Translations under genes and position numbers: made by a program
Assembly (NCBI RefSeq): GCF_018977255.1
Contig: NW_024704743.1
Span: forward strand, 63,800,001 to 63,864,000
Reading direction: 5' to 3'
Length of the DNA: 64,000 nt
Source of the DNA: Callorhinchus milii
Taxonomy: Eukaryota
In this document: positions 1-13,447 of the stretch, piece by piece
Position numbering within the stretch: position 1 is the stretch's first letter
Layout of the letters: the number at the start of each line of letters is the position of its first letter
The notes under the pieces: model-generated
The model's input: the letters and a program-made list of their open reading frames with translations, nothing else
Database searches by the model: none
Told to the model about the DNA's origin: nothing

Positions 1-934
1 AGAAAAAGTTGTCTTATGAAAATGCCAGGTCCAAAATACAGAAGATAATCAAATAGAACATAGAAAGTACAGAGGAGAACTGAAAAAGGAAATGAGAGGG
101 GCAAAGAGATTGTATGCGAAAAGATTAACAGATAACATAAAAGGGAACCCTAAGATATTTTATAAGCATATAAAGAATAAAAGGTTAGTCAAAGGTAAGT
201 TGGGACCAATTAGGGACCAAAGAGGAAATCTTCTTGTGGAGGCAGAGGGTATGGCTGACGTACTGAATGAGTACTTTGCATCTGTCTTCACAAAAGTAGT
301 TAGAGCCAATGCCACAATATCGGAGGAGAGGATAGAGAAATTGGATAAGATAAGAATAAACCGAGAGGAGATACTAAAAATGTTGATGGTGCTCAACGTA
401 AATACATCACCTGGTCCAGACGGGGTGCATCCTAGGTTACTGAGAGAAGTAAGGGTGGAAATAACGTAGGCTCTGACCACAATCTTTGAATCCTCCATGG
501 ACACCGGGGTAGTGCCAGAGTACTGAAGGATTTCAAATGTTACTCCCTGTACAAAAAGGGGCAGAAGGATAAACCTGGGAACTACAGGCCAGTCAGCTAA
601 CGCCAGTAGTGGGAAACTTTCTGGTGAGTAATCCGGGACAGAATAAATTTTCACTTAGAAAATATGGGTTAATAAAGGAGAGCCAACATGGGTTTGTTAA
701 AGGCAAATCGTGTCTAACATACTGTTTTTTGATGAAGTAACGGAGAGAGTGGATGAAGGTAGTGCAGTTGATGTAGTTTATGTGGATTTTCAAAAGGCGT
801 TTGGTAAAGTGCCACAAAAGAGACTTATAAGCAAAATAGAAGCCCACGGTATTAAAGGGACAGTGGTTACACAACTGGTTGGGAGACAGAAAGCAGAGAG
901 TGGTGGTGAACAGTTGTTTTTCTGACTGGAGGGA
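1..934 (+). mobile_element. CR1-clade LINE ORF2 fragment (RT region), frameshifted
   Basis: Motifs KIFYKHIK, LNEYFASVFT, SPGPDGVHPRLLRE, GNYRPVS, QHG, VDVVYVDFQKAFGKVP, with stops and frameshifts. Abuts an L2 fragment at about 930. Confidence 0.9.
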
Positions 935-1912
935 AGGCAAAGGGATTGTGGGATGGAGTTCCAAAAGTGGGGGCAGAGAGGCTGAAAGCCCAGCTGCCGA
1001 TGGTAGGGCGGGTCAGGCGGGAGACCTGGAGCAGGCCGGAGCCTGCTGAATAGAGGGAGCGGACATGTTGATGGGGTCAGCAGGTCAGAGATGTAGGAGG
1101 CGCAAAGCCATGGAGGGCCTTGGAGATTTTAAATTCAATCCTCTGAGGGATGGGGAGCCAGTGGAGCCGAGCAAGGGTGGGGGTGATGGGGTCACTGACG
1201 CCCAGGTTCCTGACTGGCTCGGTGTGGCGGAGTGTGCAATCCTGGATGCTGATGCTGTTGATGCCTGAGGTGCTGAGGCGCTGGCACGAGCCAATCAGGA
1301 GGGCCTCGGTCTTGCTGACATTCAGCTGTAGAAAGTTGGCTCTCATCCAGGACTTGATGTCAGACAGACAATCTGTCAGGACGTCAGTTGTCCTGGAATC
1401 GCGGGTGGAGGCAGAGAGATAGAGTTGGGCGTCAACTGTGTACATGTGGAAGTTGATCCCATGTCTGTGGATGGTGTCAACAAGGGGGAGCATGTAGTGG
1501 TTGAAGTGGAGGGGACTGAGGACAGAGCCCTGGGGAACATCACACAAGACCTTGTGGAGCCTGGAAGAGCAACTGTTGGCGGAGGCAAATTGGAGACTGT
1601 GTGAGAGATAAGACCTGAACCATTCAAGGACATAATTTTGAAGGTTGAGGAGAGGTGGTGGAGGAGAATGGAGTGGTCCATGGTATTGAAGGCAGCAGAG
1701 AGGTTGAGGAGGACAAGGAGGCAGAGGGAGCCCTGGTCACTCCCCTGGGGGGGAGATGGGGAGGGAGTGGCAGTTGGGATGATGGACAAAATGTTGTTTG
1801 TCACTTGACCAGAGCAGTTTCTGTGCTGTGAGCAGCATGGAAACCCGATTAGAGGGGCTCGTGAAGGGAGTGGTAGGAGAAGAATGAGTGAAACTGGGAA
1901 GCAGTGATTCTT
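930..1912 (-). mobile_element. L2-clade LINE ORF2 fragment with internal deletions
   Basis: Motifs LVLLNLSAAFNTMDHSILL, VPQGSVLSPL, LSDIKSWMRANFLQLNVSKTE, ITPTLARLHWLPIPQRIEFK. Confidence 0.9.
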
Positions 1913-2967
1913 TGGGGAAACTTGCCCAACATTTCGCCCTGCTGGGAATCGAACCCAGGTGTCTCGCTTGCAAGGCGAGTGCTCTACCCACTGAACTACA
2001 GGATGCTTACATCAATGGTGTTACACATTTCATGCTGAGTTGTGCTGCCCACCAGGAAGGACGCTAAACGTTCCTGGTACCTGCTATCCAACAAGTGAGA
2101 CCTGTGCATGTCAAATGACTAATGAGTGATGATTCTCCTGGAGGGGAGGTAAGTGGGCCTCCTTGGCGCTGAGCTGCCTTCATAGTGATGTGCTTGGCAG
2201 TGGATGATCAGAATTCAGTCAGTTATCTGTGGAGATCTCTGATTTGGTTCCTGAGCCGGGTGAGTCAATAGAACCCCAGCGAACTGCTGTTGTCTCGCAT
2301 GCCTCATTGACAGAACTTGGAGGTCACTGGGGAAGGGATTTTTCCTACTCTGCTCATGTTAACCCTGCAAACCCATAAAACAGCTAAGAATTGAATAAAG
2401 CATTTTTTGCCAGAACACTGGAAGAAGTTCCCTTCTCTTTCTGAATAGTGTTCACGTCCACCTAACAAGCAGGCCTGATCTTTGGGTGAATGTGCAAAGA
2501 TTTCTATGGTGTTTGAAAATATTTAGTGAATGCTAGGAGAGTCCTGCATTGTAAGAGGTTCTGTCCCTCAGATGGAACTTTAAACTGAACTCTTGTTTAC
2601 CTATTCAGGTGGATGTTAAAGATCCCTTGACACAATCCAAAAGGCAATTCCAGCGCCTTGGGACGTCCTCCCGATGTGAAAGGCGCTCCATAAATGTAAT
2701 TTTGTTGTTGTTGTGACAAGGGAGTTTATGGGCAATAAATAATCCTCCAGATAAATTAGACATTCTCTACATGGCTATTTGTGAATATTGCTTGCATAAA
2801 TTGGCTACCAGGTTGATTTAAAAATAAACAATCACTACACTTAATAGCAATTCACTGAAGTGTTTTGACACGTTTTGAACTTTAAAGACGTAATATCAAA
2901 TGCAAGGATAAAGTGTTGTTATGTGCAGTTGTATAAACAACTCTGATTCAAACCTCTGCGGAAGTTG

Positions 2968-2986
2968 GAAGTGCCATCTGCTGGTT
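2968..2986 (-). promoter_or_regulatory. CTCF-like motif
   Basis: Minus strand aaccagcagatggcacttc matches the CTCF core consensus. Motif only. Confidence 0.4.
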
Positions 2987-5900
2987 AAAAGGATATCAGC
3001 ATGATTTACTGTTTTAACTTGTTTATTTTAGTACATTATATTTTACATCCAATTTGCTGATTCTTTAATGTAATTTGTCCTTGTATTCACATCCCACATA
3101 TTCCTTAATAGAGAAGGTGTACAAGAGAGCTTCTTTCTGTCCTGTGCAAACATCCTACATTAGCTATTTGACAAGTAGCCCTGATCGACTAAACCTCCAA
3201 TTTTCCTCTGAATATTAAAACTAAATGAATTTCTTGTCTGACGTGTTAATTGTCTCTCAATTATGTACACTCTAATCCTGTTTATTGACATTTGCTCTCA
3301 GTGTAAATGCTTAATGGGATAAATTGCCAAGGTAATAGGATAGATTAAGATTAACCAGGAAGTATTTGTTTACATGGAGAGTAACAATACTAATCCCTGC
3401 ATTTGATTTAGCACATTTATCACGTCCTCGAAATGTCTCAAAGTGCTTCACAGGATTTACTGTCAAGTATGTATTTGCAGGCAAATGTGATAGGCAATTT
3501 GCACAAACAGCCATGACCAATTTTATCTGAGGGTTGTTGGCCAGGACACCAGAAGAAACTACCTTCTTTTTCAATAAAGCCTTGGGATTTTTAATGTCCA
3601 GTTGAACAGGCGACCTTGGTTTAATGTCTCATCTCAAGGATAGCACCTCTGGAAATGCAGCACTCCCTCAACACTGTATTGGCATGTGAACTTAGCTTGT
3701 GAGTTTAAAGTCCCATCACAGAACTAATCAACAGGTGGAATGTATTACCAGACACAGTAGAAACCAGAATTCCTGGAATCATTTAGGAAACTGCCTAGTG
3801 CTGTAAATGAGAATATAACAAAGTTAAAAGAACAATTGTCATTTGAAACTCTTGTGAATTTATGATAACTTCTGCCAGCCTTCAGGGAAAGAAGGTATGC
3901 AGCCAAACAAGAACCTTGAGTACAATAAGTAGCTTGTTCACAAAACCAGATAATAATCCCTCCAAAACAATAATAAATTGGTCATTTTCAATCCACGACT
4001 ATTTTTGGGACACTGCTGTGCGCAATTAGCTACCGCGTTTTGCCAACAAATATACAGTCAATTCACTTTACAGCATATTCTGTGAAGCGCTTTGAGACGT
4101 TGAAGACCTGAAAAGCACTACATCAAATGCAAAAATTATTATATTCAACATCTTACAAGATTATCTAGAAAAGTAACTGAAGAGCAACTAATAATTATAA
4201 TTAAATTTTGCTGGAAAGATTTCAGAAAATAAATGCAGATACATCCCTCAGTAATAACCTGGAAGGAAACGGCTCATTCATTTTCAATGATCAATAGCAG
4301 ATGTTTCCCTAAATAGAAGACTAATGAGCTGTGAAATGTTTTTGAATCCTTTTAGCAGAACAACTGCAAAAATAATTAGTGACAGTTCAGACCTATGTAG
4401 TGTAACAAATCAGAGCTGTATTTGCCTTCTTCGATACTCAGATAAAGCATTTTGGAACTTATAAAGAGTTGAAACAGTTTGAAATTATTTATTCAAGGTT
4501 GATGATTTGGCGGAATAACTAGATTCACCAAAAATATTAATTACAAAGAAGTAGCAAAATAACCAATCTCCCCCATAAGCATTTGAGAAAATGACAGCTC
4601 CCAAAATGAAAATGTGTTGCAGCAACAATTTAATTTATGTAGTGTTTTTCATGTCAGGAAGACGATTCCATGCAGAGGTAGGGTGAGGAGAGACCATGAA
4701 AAGATTTGCATATAAGGAAACAAAAATCTTGAATCTGTTGGGAGATGAGGAGCCAATAGATCTGAGCAAGGATGGGGTTGATAAGCTCACACAGCCTGGT
4801 GTTGAACCTTGAGCAGGTCAGTGTCAGGGTTATGAATGGAGCAGAAACCGGGTAGGGGGGAGTACTGGTAGAGGTTGCAACAAGGCTGGCAGGCATCTAC
4901 TCATTCCAGCACCGTGGAGACGAAGGGCAGGTTGGAGAGAGGTAGGTAGCTGTAGAGCATAGATGGTCAAGTATGGATTTCTTGAGCAGGCCGATGATAA
5001 TGGAGGTTTTGAAAGTATTATACTATAACAGGATAGGTTAATGATATGAATGCTGGGTGGTCAGCAGTGTGGAGATGGTGTTGAAGGAGATGGTGATGGT
5101 TTCTCCTCCCTCATCATCTGTACGAGAGGTGCAGGGGAGACAAGATGGCAGTGGAGTTGATTGATCTAATCTGCTTGGTTTTGGGTCCCAGGAAGTCCAT
5201 CACTTCCTTAAATTTGGAGTTGAGATGTATCCTGTGAAGCGCTTTGAGACTTCTCAGTGATCTTAATCATCCTTGCTACATTAAATGCAAGATTTATTAT
5301 TAGTAGTAATAATTATCTTTACACATGCAGTCAATTTCTAACAGCAATGGTCTTGAAATCAAATGGTGTTCATTTCAGCAATCATGTTCTTTTCACTATG
5401 GGAGCAAAGCCTGGGCAGTGTACAGATAGTAGACAAATGGTGTTGGGGAAGACGAGCGAGGACTCCATCTCAACTTTTTCCTGTGTGGTTTTTATGTTTC
5501 GCTCACTGCTATTTTAGCTAACTCATTTTAGTTAGGCTAACAGAAACCCAATTCATTTCCACACTAGATGTCCATCTATCTTCAGCCATTCTGCCCTCTC
5601 TCTGGAACTCCATCCTGGAGTACCCTCAGCATCACAGACCGTCCCTCTTCACCTTTAAAGGTCACTTTCACACCTATCTTCTTGATAATGCTTTCAGTTA
5701 ACTTTCCCCCCTTCTTGTTCAGATGCCCAATGAGAGGCGTGGAAGGCCCTATAAAAATGTAAACTGTTGTTTTTGTGCAGTAGAATAAGCGATTGTGGAA
5801 TTTATGATGATTATTTCTTCATATGTATTAAATTTTAAACAGCAATGGGAATGAAAAAATACAGTTCATAGATGTATGAAAACACTATGATTTACCAAAT

Positions 5901-6614
5901 TCCAGAAATTAATTTCAATCACATTGTTCAATAAGATGAAACAAATGATTCATCCTAACTTCATAACAAAATTGTTCACAGGTTAAAAAAAATTCTGTAC
6001 ATGCTCTATGAGTAATCTCTACAGAAATTGCTCACTGAAATAAATTAATTCAACCCCCATAGAGTACAATAGTTGAAAATGAATGATGTTTTTGGGATAT
6101 TTCCAATGAGGTTTTGAGAAGAGTCCATAAATTCAGTGAAACTGCAATCTGAGCATGTTTCAACACATAGCAAATGAAGAAAGAAAAAATAAGTCTGAAT
6201 AGAAGGGAACAAACACTAAAGGTAAAGAAAAGACTATAAAATAAAGAAAAACATAAAAAACAAAAATTTAAAAAGATTTTGTATAAAAACAATCAAAGTT
6301 GATCACTTTTGCATCCCTAAATTACTGTCATCTTTAACTTAATATTGAACCTTGCATTTGATATAGTGTCTTCACATTGTCAAAACTTGTCAAAGCCCTT
6401 CAAGGGATTTACTGTAGAAAGTAATATTAATACAAAATTGTGTGCTTTGTAGATGAATGTTACAGCCAATTTACACACAGCAGGGTCGCACAAACAGCCA
6501 GGACCAATTTTATTTGGAAGATTATTGGCCAGGTCACTGGGAGAAACTCCCACTTTTTGAATAATGATGTGGGATCTTTAACATTCATCTGAATAGGCAT
6601 ACATTTCCTATTAG

Positions 6615-7483
6615 ACAGACTGCCTGTCAGACATCAAGTCCTGGATGAGGGCAAATTTCTTAGTTGAATGTGAACAAGACTGAGGCCCTCCTGATTGGCT
6701 CACGTCAGCGCCTCAGCACCTCAGGCTCTGGCAACATCAACCTCCATGGTTGCACACTACAACTCACCAGCCAGACAGGGACCTGGTGTCTTGTTCAACC
6801 CTCAACTGTCTTCTTCCCCACATCCAAGCCATGACCCGCTCTGCCTTCCCTCACCTCCATAACATCACCCAACTCCGCCACTACCTCACCCCTCAGGCCA
6901 CTGAAACTCTTGTTCATGCCTTCATCACCTCCAGGCTCAACTATGCAAATGCCCTGCTTGTCGGCCTTCCCAACTCCTCCCTCCACAGGCTGCAGATAAT
7001 CCAGAACTCTGCAGCCCGTGTCCTCTCCCACATCAAACTCCGTGACCCCATCTTCCCCACTCTCGCCCAACTCCATTGGCTACCTCTCCTTCAGAGGATG
7101 CAGTTCAAGATCCTGGTTCTCACCTAAAAGCCCTCCATGGCCTCGCCCCACCCTACCTCTGCGACCTCCTAACCCCCTACCAACCCGCCCGCTCCCTCCC
7201 TCCGCTCAGTCGGCTCTGGCCTGCTCCACGTCCCCCGACCCACCCGCCCCACCATTGGCGGGAGAGCCTTCAGCCACTCTGCCCCCAACCTCTGGAATTC
7301 CATCTCCCAGTCACTCCACCTCACCCCCTCCTTAGCCTCCTTCCCGCCTCAAGACCTTCCTCTTCGACCATCCCCCTTCCCTTGCCCCAACCCCAGCTCG
7401 GGTCTGAAATGCTGTACTCTGTCCAGCACCTTGGGACGTCTTCCTGACGTGAAAGGCGCTATACAAATGAAATCTTTTTGTTG
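6615..7483 (+). mobile_element. L2 LINE 3' fragment with 3' stem-loop and (TTG)n tail
   Basis: ETLVHAFITSRLNYANALLVGLP...LQIIQNSAARVL...LHWLP...FKILVL. Ends cttgggacgtcttcctgacgtgaaaggcgctatacaaatg...ttgttg. Confidence 0.92.
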
Positions 7484-8478
7484 TAAATCTCCCAAATAAA
7501 ATGGGACGTTCACTTCATGGCTGTTTGTGGGATATTGCTGTGGCAAATTGGCTATTTGATTCGTCTATAAATAGTCACTACACTTTACAGTATATCCTGT
7601 GAAGTGTTTTCACATGTCCTTCCACTGTGAAAGGCACAATAGCAAATGTAACAATTGGTATTATATTACTGTTATTACCAAACAGTGCAGAGTGTCAGGC
7701 TGGTAACTGACTGCAATCGTGCTGACAATCCGAGGGCTGTTTTAAACTTAATATTAAAATTCAGCCTTGGTTATTGGCAGGGGATTAGATTCTTGGCAAC
7801 ACTGTTAGAAGCTTGCATCTGGTCTTTTCATAATTTTTGTTTTCTGTCATGGAGATGTGATCTCAATAATTTAATGGGGGAAATGAAGTGGCGATGTTGT
7901 AGCAACAATAGTTGGCTTGGCTGATCCAGTGCACCCTCCTTCACATAACTGCTCTAAAGATTGTGAAATTGACTCTCATGCTTTTCACTTATGTAGCATA
8001 GCTTAGAAATGTTATAACATTTCAAAACCGTATGATCAAGCAAACCAGACTGATATATAGTAGTCTTTCTGCAACTGGAACCACTAACAAACAGGTTACT
8101 TGTGCTCTACTCTGTGTCCATGGACTGCTTATTTGTGCTAAATTAGTTAGTGAGGGCGTGAGAGGCTCAGGAGAATTTGTTAATAATAATAAGTAATCCT
8201 TGCATTTGATATAGCGCTTTATCACGTCTTTGATATGTCTCAAAGCACTGCACGGATTATACTGTAAAGTGAATTGACTATTTTGTGGGCGAAATGTGGC
8301 AGCTAATTGTACCCAGTGTTGTCCCACAAACTGTCGTGGATTGAATGACCCAAGTTTTTTTAAAAAAAATGATTACCCCCCCCACCCGAATAGCAATAGG
8401 TTGGTGTGAGGTTTTCCAATATAAATTTCATTCTGCCCCTAAATGAGGTCTTGAGGTCTTTATACAGGATGTGACAGC

Positions 8479-8920
8479 GTGGAAACAGCATTTAGCCCAA
8501 CTAAATCATCCACATATCTCTCTCCATCCCTTATGTGTTGGAGGGTCTCTATCTTGTGCTCCTTTTTCAGTAATTTTGATCTTGAGTGCCTGTATACAGA
8601 GAATCTTCCCACCGTGTGGTTACCTGGGACACACTTGTCCAGAAATTTCCACATCTTGTAGGTCCCTTCCTCTCGAGCAATGGATAAGTCAGAATCCATT
8701 TATTTCACCTCACCGTACCACGGTGGGATCTGTGGAATGTTCTTTCGAACACCTATTTGCACCTTTATTGGCATGATCTCTGCAATAGCAGTAGAGGTAG
8801 ACAGGTTACTACATAACCAACTGAAACATCCCCTATTCTCAGTCTTAAAACTTGCCAATAATTTTACTGTGGTTATAGACAATAACTAACATTGCTAGAT
8901 GAGTCTCCAGCTTGTAGCTA
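8479..8920 (+). mobile_element. Decayed DIRS-like retrotransposon tyrosine-recombinase relic
   Basis: Ordered motifs across frameshifts: VETAFSPTKSST...WRVSILC, HLVGPFL, VPRWDLWNVL, LFAPL, LSLKT, ITNIAR*VSSL. These resemble DIRS YR motifs ARxxST...WxxFxxWC, HPLVxxFL, VPxWDLxxVL, PFEPL, LSxKT, AITSARRVSEL. Confidence 0.55.
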
Positions 8921-10197
8921 GCCATTTGTGAAAGATCTGCCATTGAGAGAAGGCAATTCAATGCATGAAAGCTAATTCCTCTTGTACATTAACTCCTCAT
9001 ATTACGGTATCCAATTCTATTTTGAGCATCAATGTTTTTGCTTCTATTATATTGCTTGAAACAATATTCCAAGTAAGGGAATAGCTGACAGCTGTTCTAA
9101 ATGTATTTTATCCATCGTGACATTTCGAAAAGTGTACAAAAGGTTTTACAGCCAAAATAAAAACTAGATGGAAATACAGGGATGGTTTTCATTTAACAAA
9201 GGAATGTAAAGGGAAAAACTGCAAGTAATGTGCCAAATGTTTCTTCATGCAAATAATTTTATATACATGTTTATGGAAACGTATACTAAGAATATCCCAG
9301 TTTATGGTCAGCTCAAAATATTAATCTTTTCCAAAGCAGTAAAAGATGCAGTGTTTTAGAATAGTGTGTGTGTGTATATAATATATAAAATCAAAAAAAC
9401 TCAGGAGTGAAGAGTTTCCAGTATATGATCCAGTCCAAGAAAATCTTTCCTTTTGTTAGTGAAGTTTATTTCTTAATTTCTTTTAGCACTTTACACTCAA
9501 CCATTTAATAGATTTCTCTTTCAGTGTAGGTTTAAAAAAACCACTATTTTAATTGAAATACCAACTTAGTTAAAAGTGCTGATTTGATCTCACTCTGTTT
9601 TTATGCCAGATTACGTAATAATGTTCAGATTTAAATTCATGAGCTCTTCCAGGTGACATTTGAGCAATCAAAATGGCTGCTTTTCATGCCAGTATGTTTG
9701 AATTGAGCCATACGCAAAACTCAAGAGTATTTAGCTTACGCAAGGTCTCAAAGCTCTTCACAGAATATACTGTAAAGTGTAGCAAATATTTTGTGGCCGA
9801 AATGCGGCAGCCAATTGTGCACAGCACTATTTTGGATCGAGTGACCAAATTATTTTTTTTGAAGGTATTATTAACCCCAGAAAGCAATCCGCCAATCGAC
9901 TAACAGCTGGGTTCCTACTTACTGCTAGGTAAACAGGCGTGTGAGTAAGGAAACTTGCCTAAGGACAAGTATGAACTGACCAGGGAGAGTAATCAGAGTG
10001 CAAAGATAGGACTTTAACTGTGGGGAGCAAGGGAGTAAGGTGGAGGGACTTTGGCATGGAATTCCAGAGAGTTGGGGTACTATGGCTAAAAGCTCGGCCA
10101 TTGATGTTGGGGTTGTTTGAGCAGGGGATATTAAGCAGGCGGTTGTTTTCGGAACAAATGGAGCAACTAAAGGAGGTCATAGGTAGGTTGGGTAGGA

Positions 10198-10518
10198 AAT
10201 AATAATAATAATCTTTGCATTTGATATAGCGCTTTTCACATCGGGAGGACGTCCCAAAGCGCTTCACAGAACACACTGTAAAGTGAATTGACTGTATATT
10301 TGTGGGCGAACGCGGCAGCCAATTGCGCACAGCAATGTCCCACAAACAGTCGTAGATTGAAAATGACCAATTTATTATTGTTTTTGGTTTTGGAGGGATT
10401 ATTATTAGGTGTGTGGAGTAAGGAAACTTGCCCAAGGTTTCGCCCTGACCTGCCTGGAATTGAACTCAGGTCTCTCACTTGCAAAGCGAGTGCTCTAACC
10501 ACTGAGCTACAGGACTCC
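10198..10518 (-). mobile_element. Young SINE, short subfamily, full length
   Basis: Near-identical reverse complement of 63134-63454, including the extra ggtca after the tRNA head. Confidence 0.93.
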
Positions 10519-11061
10519 ACATAATAACAATACTACTAATAATTACAAATAATCAGCTGCGGCCGAAGGTGACTTAAAATCGTTTGTTTAAAAAAATAAA
10601 ATAAAATTCTCGCGCCAAGCTTAAGATTTGAACGAAATGGATTTAAGTCTCAACCTGAGTGGAATTTCAGCGATAGGATAGGAAAATGTGGGGCTTTTCC
10701 CTGTTTCCTCCCCCCCCCCCCACCCCTGTGCTCTGAGATGAGTGGGGATTGGTTGGGGGGGGATGTGGGGGGGTAAGGGTGATTGGGAGAAAGAGAAAGG
10801 AGGCAAAAAAAATTTCATGTCTTTGGATGGTGGTGGTGGTGGGCATTCGGGCACCATTTACCCAGTCACCTACCCATGGGGGGCGCAGGGGTGGGGGGGG
10901 AGGAGAGCAGGCAGCAGTGGCCAGGGATGGGATTCTTTTTGCGTCACAAAAATTCCCACCTCCCCTACCACCCCAATATGTTTTTTGTGCGTGTGTGTGT
11001 GGGGTGTGGGGGGTGGGTTGGAGTGGGGAGAGAGAAAGAAGGTAAGAGTTAATTGACCTGA

Positions 11062-11085
11062 ATATATATATATATATATATATAT
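11062..11085. repeat. (AT)n microsatellite
   Basis: Directly visible AT dinucleotide run. Confidence 0.95.
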
Positions 11086-13281
11086 TTTCCTTTTGTAACT
11101 TTTTTTGTTATATCGCACATTGAAAAAAAAAAGGAAAGAGTCGTGGAGGGATTTGAGTGCATGGAAAAGCATCTTAAATTTGATCCACTAGGGAATAAGG
11201 ATGCAATGGAGCTGAGCAGGGATGGGGGTATCTAAAAATAAATATTTCAAAATAAAAGATACAGATGAAGGATATTGAAGATAGTCCTATTTTTTAAAAT
11301 AATATGACCTTCAAGAGAGGATATTGATGGGGTGAGATCAATTTTTTTTTAAAAAAAGCAATGAGAACTGCTATGGTAATTATCACAAAAAGCTAATCTA
11401 ATGTGCATAACAGATTTTAAAAAATCAACTATCTAAATTGAGGGAATAATACCATTACAATTCCTAAACCTCAGTTGTCTTTGTCGGTCTTATTCCCTTT
11501 CTCTGTTTGTTACGAACTGTAAATACTGATTCTATCAGGAGAACCGGCTGAGTGATTGAATCTAATATTAGGCATTGGGACTTAGACTGAGAAAAATTAA
11601 TTAACAAATATTTAACCAGAACTCATTTTTTGAAGTATCCACAAGATATTAGGATACAAAATTTGATATTCGCAACTTGGATTTGTGTTGATCACAACTT
11701 CTAGACCAAGCTTGGTCAAACAGGCCACAGCCAGATGATTTTGTCTGGCCCACAAACCATTTCCATCTTCACTGTTTTAATTCCCAGATGTACCTCTCCT
11801 GTGGTCGGTCTCCATGAGGCAGCCTGGAGAGTGATAGGAAGAGGGGCAGAGTGGGAGGTTTCAACAACAACAACAACGTGCATTTATATAGAGGCCTACA
11901 CGCTGGAAGGCATCTTGGAGTGCGTATCCTCCCGCTTCCTCCCTCCCCAGCGCATTTCACACTGCTTCGAGCCTCGTGTAATCTGGTGAGATGCAGTGAG
12001 CAGCAGCAGGACTATTTTGCAATTCTAAAACTAGAGAACTGAGTCTCAGTTGGAAACGCAAGGTAGATCTGGAAAATAGAGGAAGGATTTCAGTGTAAGT
12101 GAGAAGTGGATTACTTGTTTATTGAGAGTAATGGAAAACTTCAGTGCCTTGTTTGCTTCCAACTCCTATCTGTGTTGAAGTTCATTTAGTTTTGCAATTA
12201 TGGATTAATCTGTTGTCGTGTTGAGCATTCTCTGTAGGGGCCTCTATATGCCGAGTTGAAATCTTGGGTTTTGACTTTAATACATTCAAAATTTGATGTA
12301 TATAACAATCCTTGCATTTGATATAGCACCTTATCACGTTGAGACGTCTCAAACGCTTCACAGGATGCACTGTAAATTGATTGATTGTGAATTTTGTAGG
12401 CAAAACATGGCAGCCAATTGCACACAGCAGTGTCCCACAAACAGTCGTAGATTGAGTCACCACATTATTATTATTTGGAGGGATTATTACCATTTCCATT
12501 TGAGAGGATCATTATTAAGAAATACACACAATTTAAAATGTTGTATTTCTGTATGATTCTTTTATGTTTCTCCAAGGGAAAAACAGCCCGCGGACGTTTC
12601 TCAAATGTAGCATCCAGCCCTCAGCAGCCAAAAGGTTGGATCACCCTGTTCTGGATTATGAAATTTGCTGCCAATGGAATGTGAATCCTGTCAGATAATT
12701 ACAAAATATTGCTACTTCCTGCTTGTGTTTTGCACAGTGGCCATTATTGACACTTTGCTGGCATGGGATGTACAACTTGCTGGACACAAATTTCCCAAGC
12801 CAATGTTTGCGAGCTGGAAGTTGCATTAACACAACAAAACTAGTTTGTCAATATTGCCTTATAGACAATATTTGCATTATTATTGCTACTCTAGCTTCCA
12901 GCATTCACTATTAAGGCAAACTGCAACTAAAAGTAAAAGATACAAAGGAAACTGAAGATAGTCCCACTTTTCACAACAATTTGACCTTTAAGAGAGAATA
13001 CTGATGATGAGACCAATCTGTAATTTAAAAAAAATCTCAGAAACCTTTTTTTCACTCCTGGAGGTTTTGGGAAGCAATGTCAAACAATCCTTTAAACCAT
13101 ACATCCGTGCTCTGACCCATTCAACTTTACCCTACCTCCAAAATATTGCCTGCCTCCGCCACTGCCTCCCCATTTGAACTATTTGAATGCAAGGACGAGA
13201 ATCTTAAATTTGATCCGCTGGGGAATGGGGAGACAGAGGCTTTCAGCTTTACCACATCTCCAAAATATTTTAGATATTTTT

Positions 13282-13447
13282 AGATATTTCCAGGTCTGGA
13301 ATAGAACGTACACTCTTTCCCCATTGGCAAGAGCCAAGGCTTTGGGACCCCAGAGTGTGGGGTAATGCTGGAGTTTAGATACCAACTTTGCTGGTTAAAC
13401 TCCAACAATACCCCACACTCTGTTCCATTCCAGACCTGGAAATATCT
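13282..13447. repeat. Nested inverted repeat formed by a dispersed repeat family
   Basis: 13282-13307 pairs with 13422-13447 and 13351-13377 pairs with 13396-13422. Single-orientation relatives at about 49045-49092, 50058-50152 and 60746-60965. Confidence 0.8.

Noticed and set aside
10621..11172. Gly/Trp- and Pro-rich ORFs of 78-104 aa
   Set aside because: They are translations of low-complexity G/C runs with no coding signal.
11700..11760. Possible hAT/Charlie-like terminus (ctagaccaagcttggtcaaac...ggcccac)
   Set aside because: No matching second TIR or TSD was found, so there is too little support to call an element.
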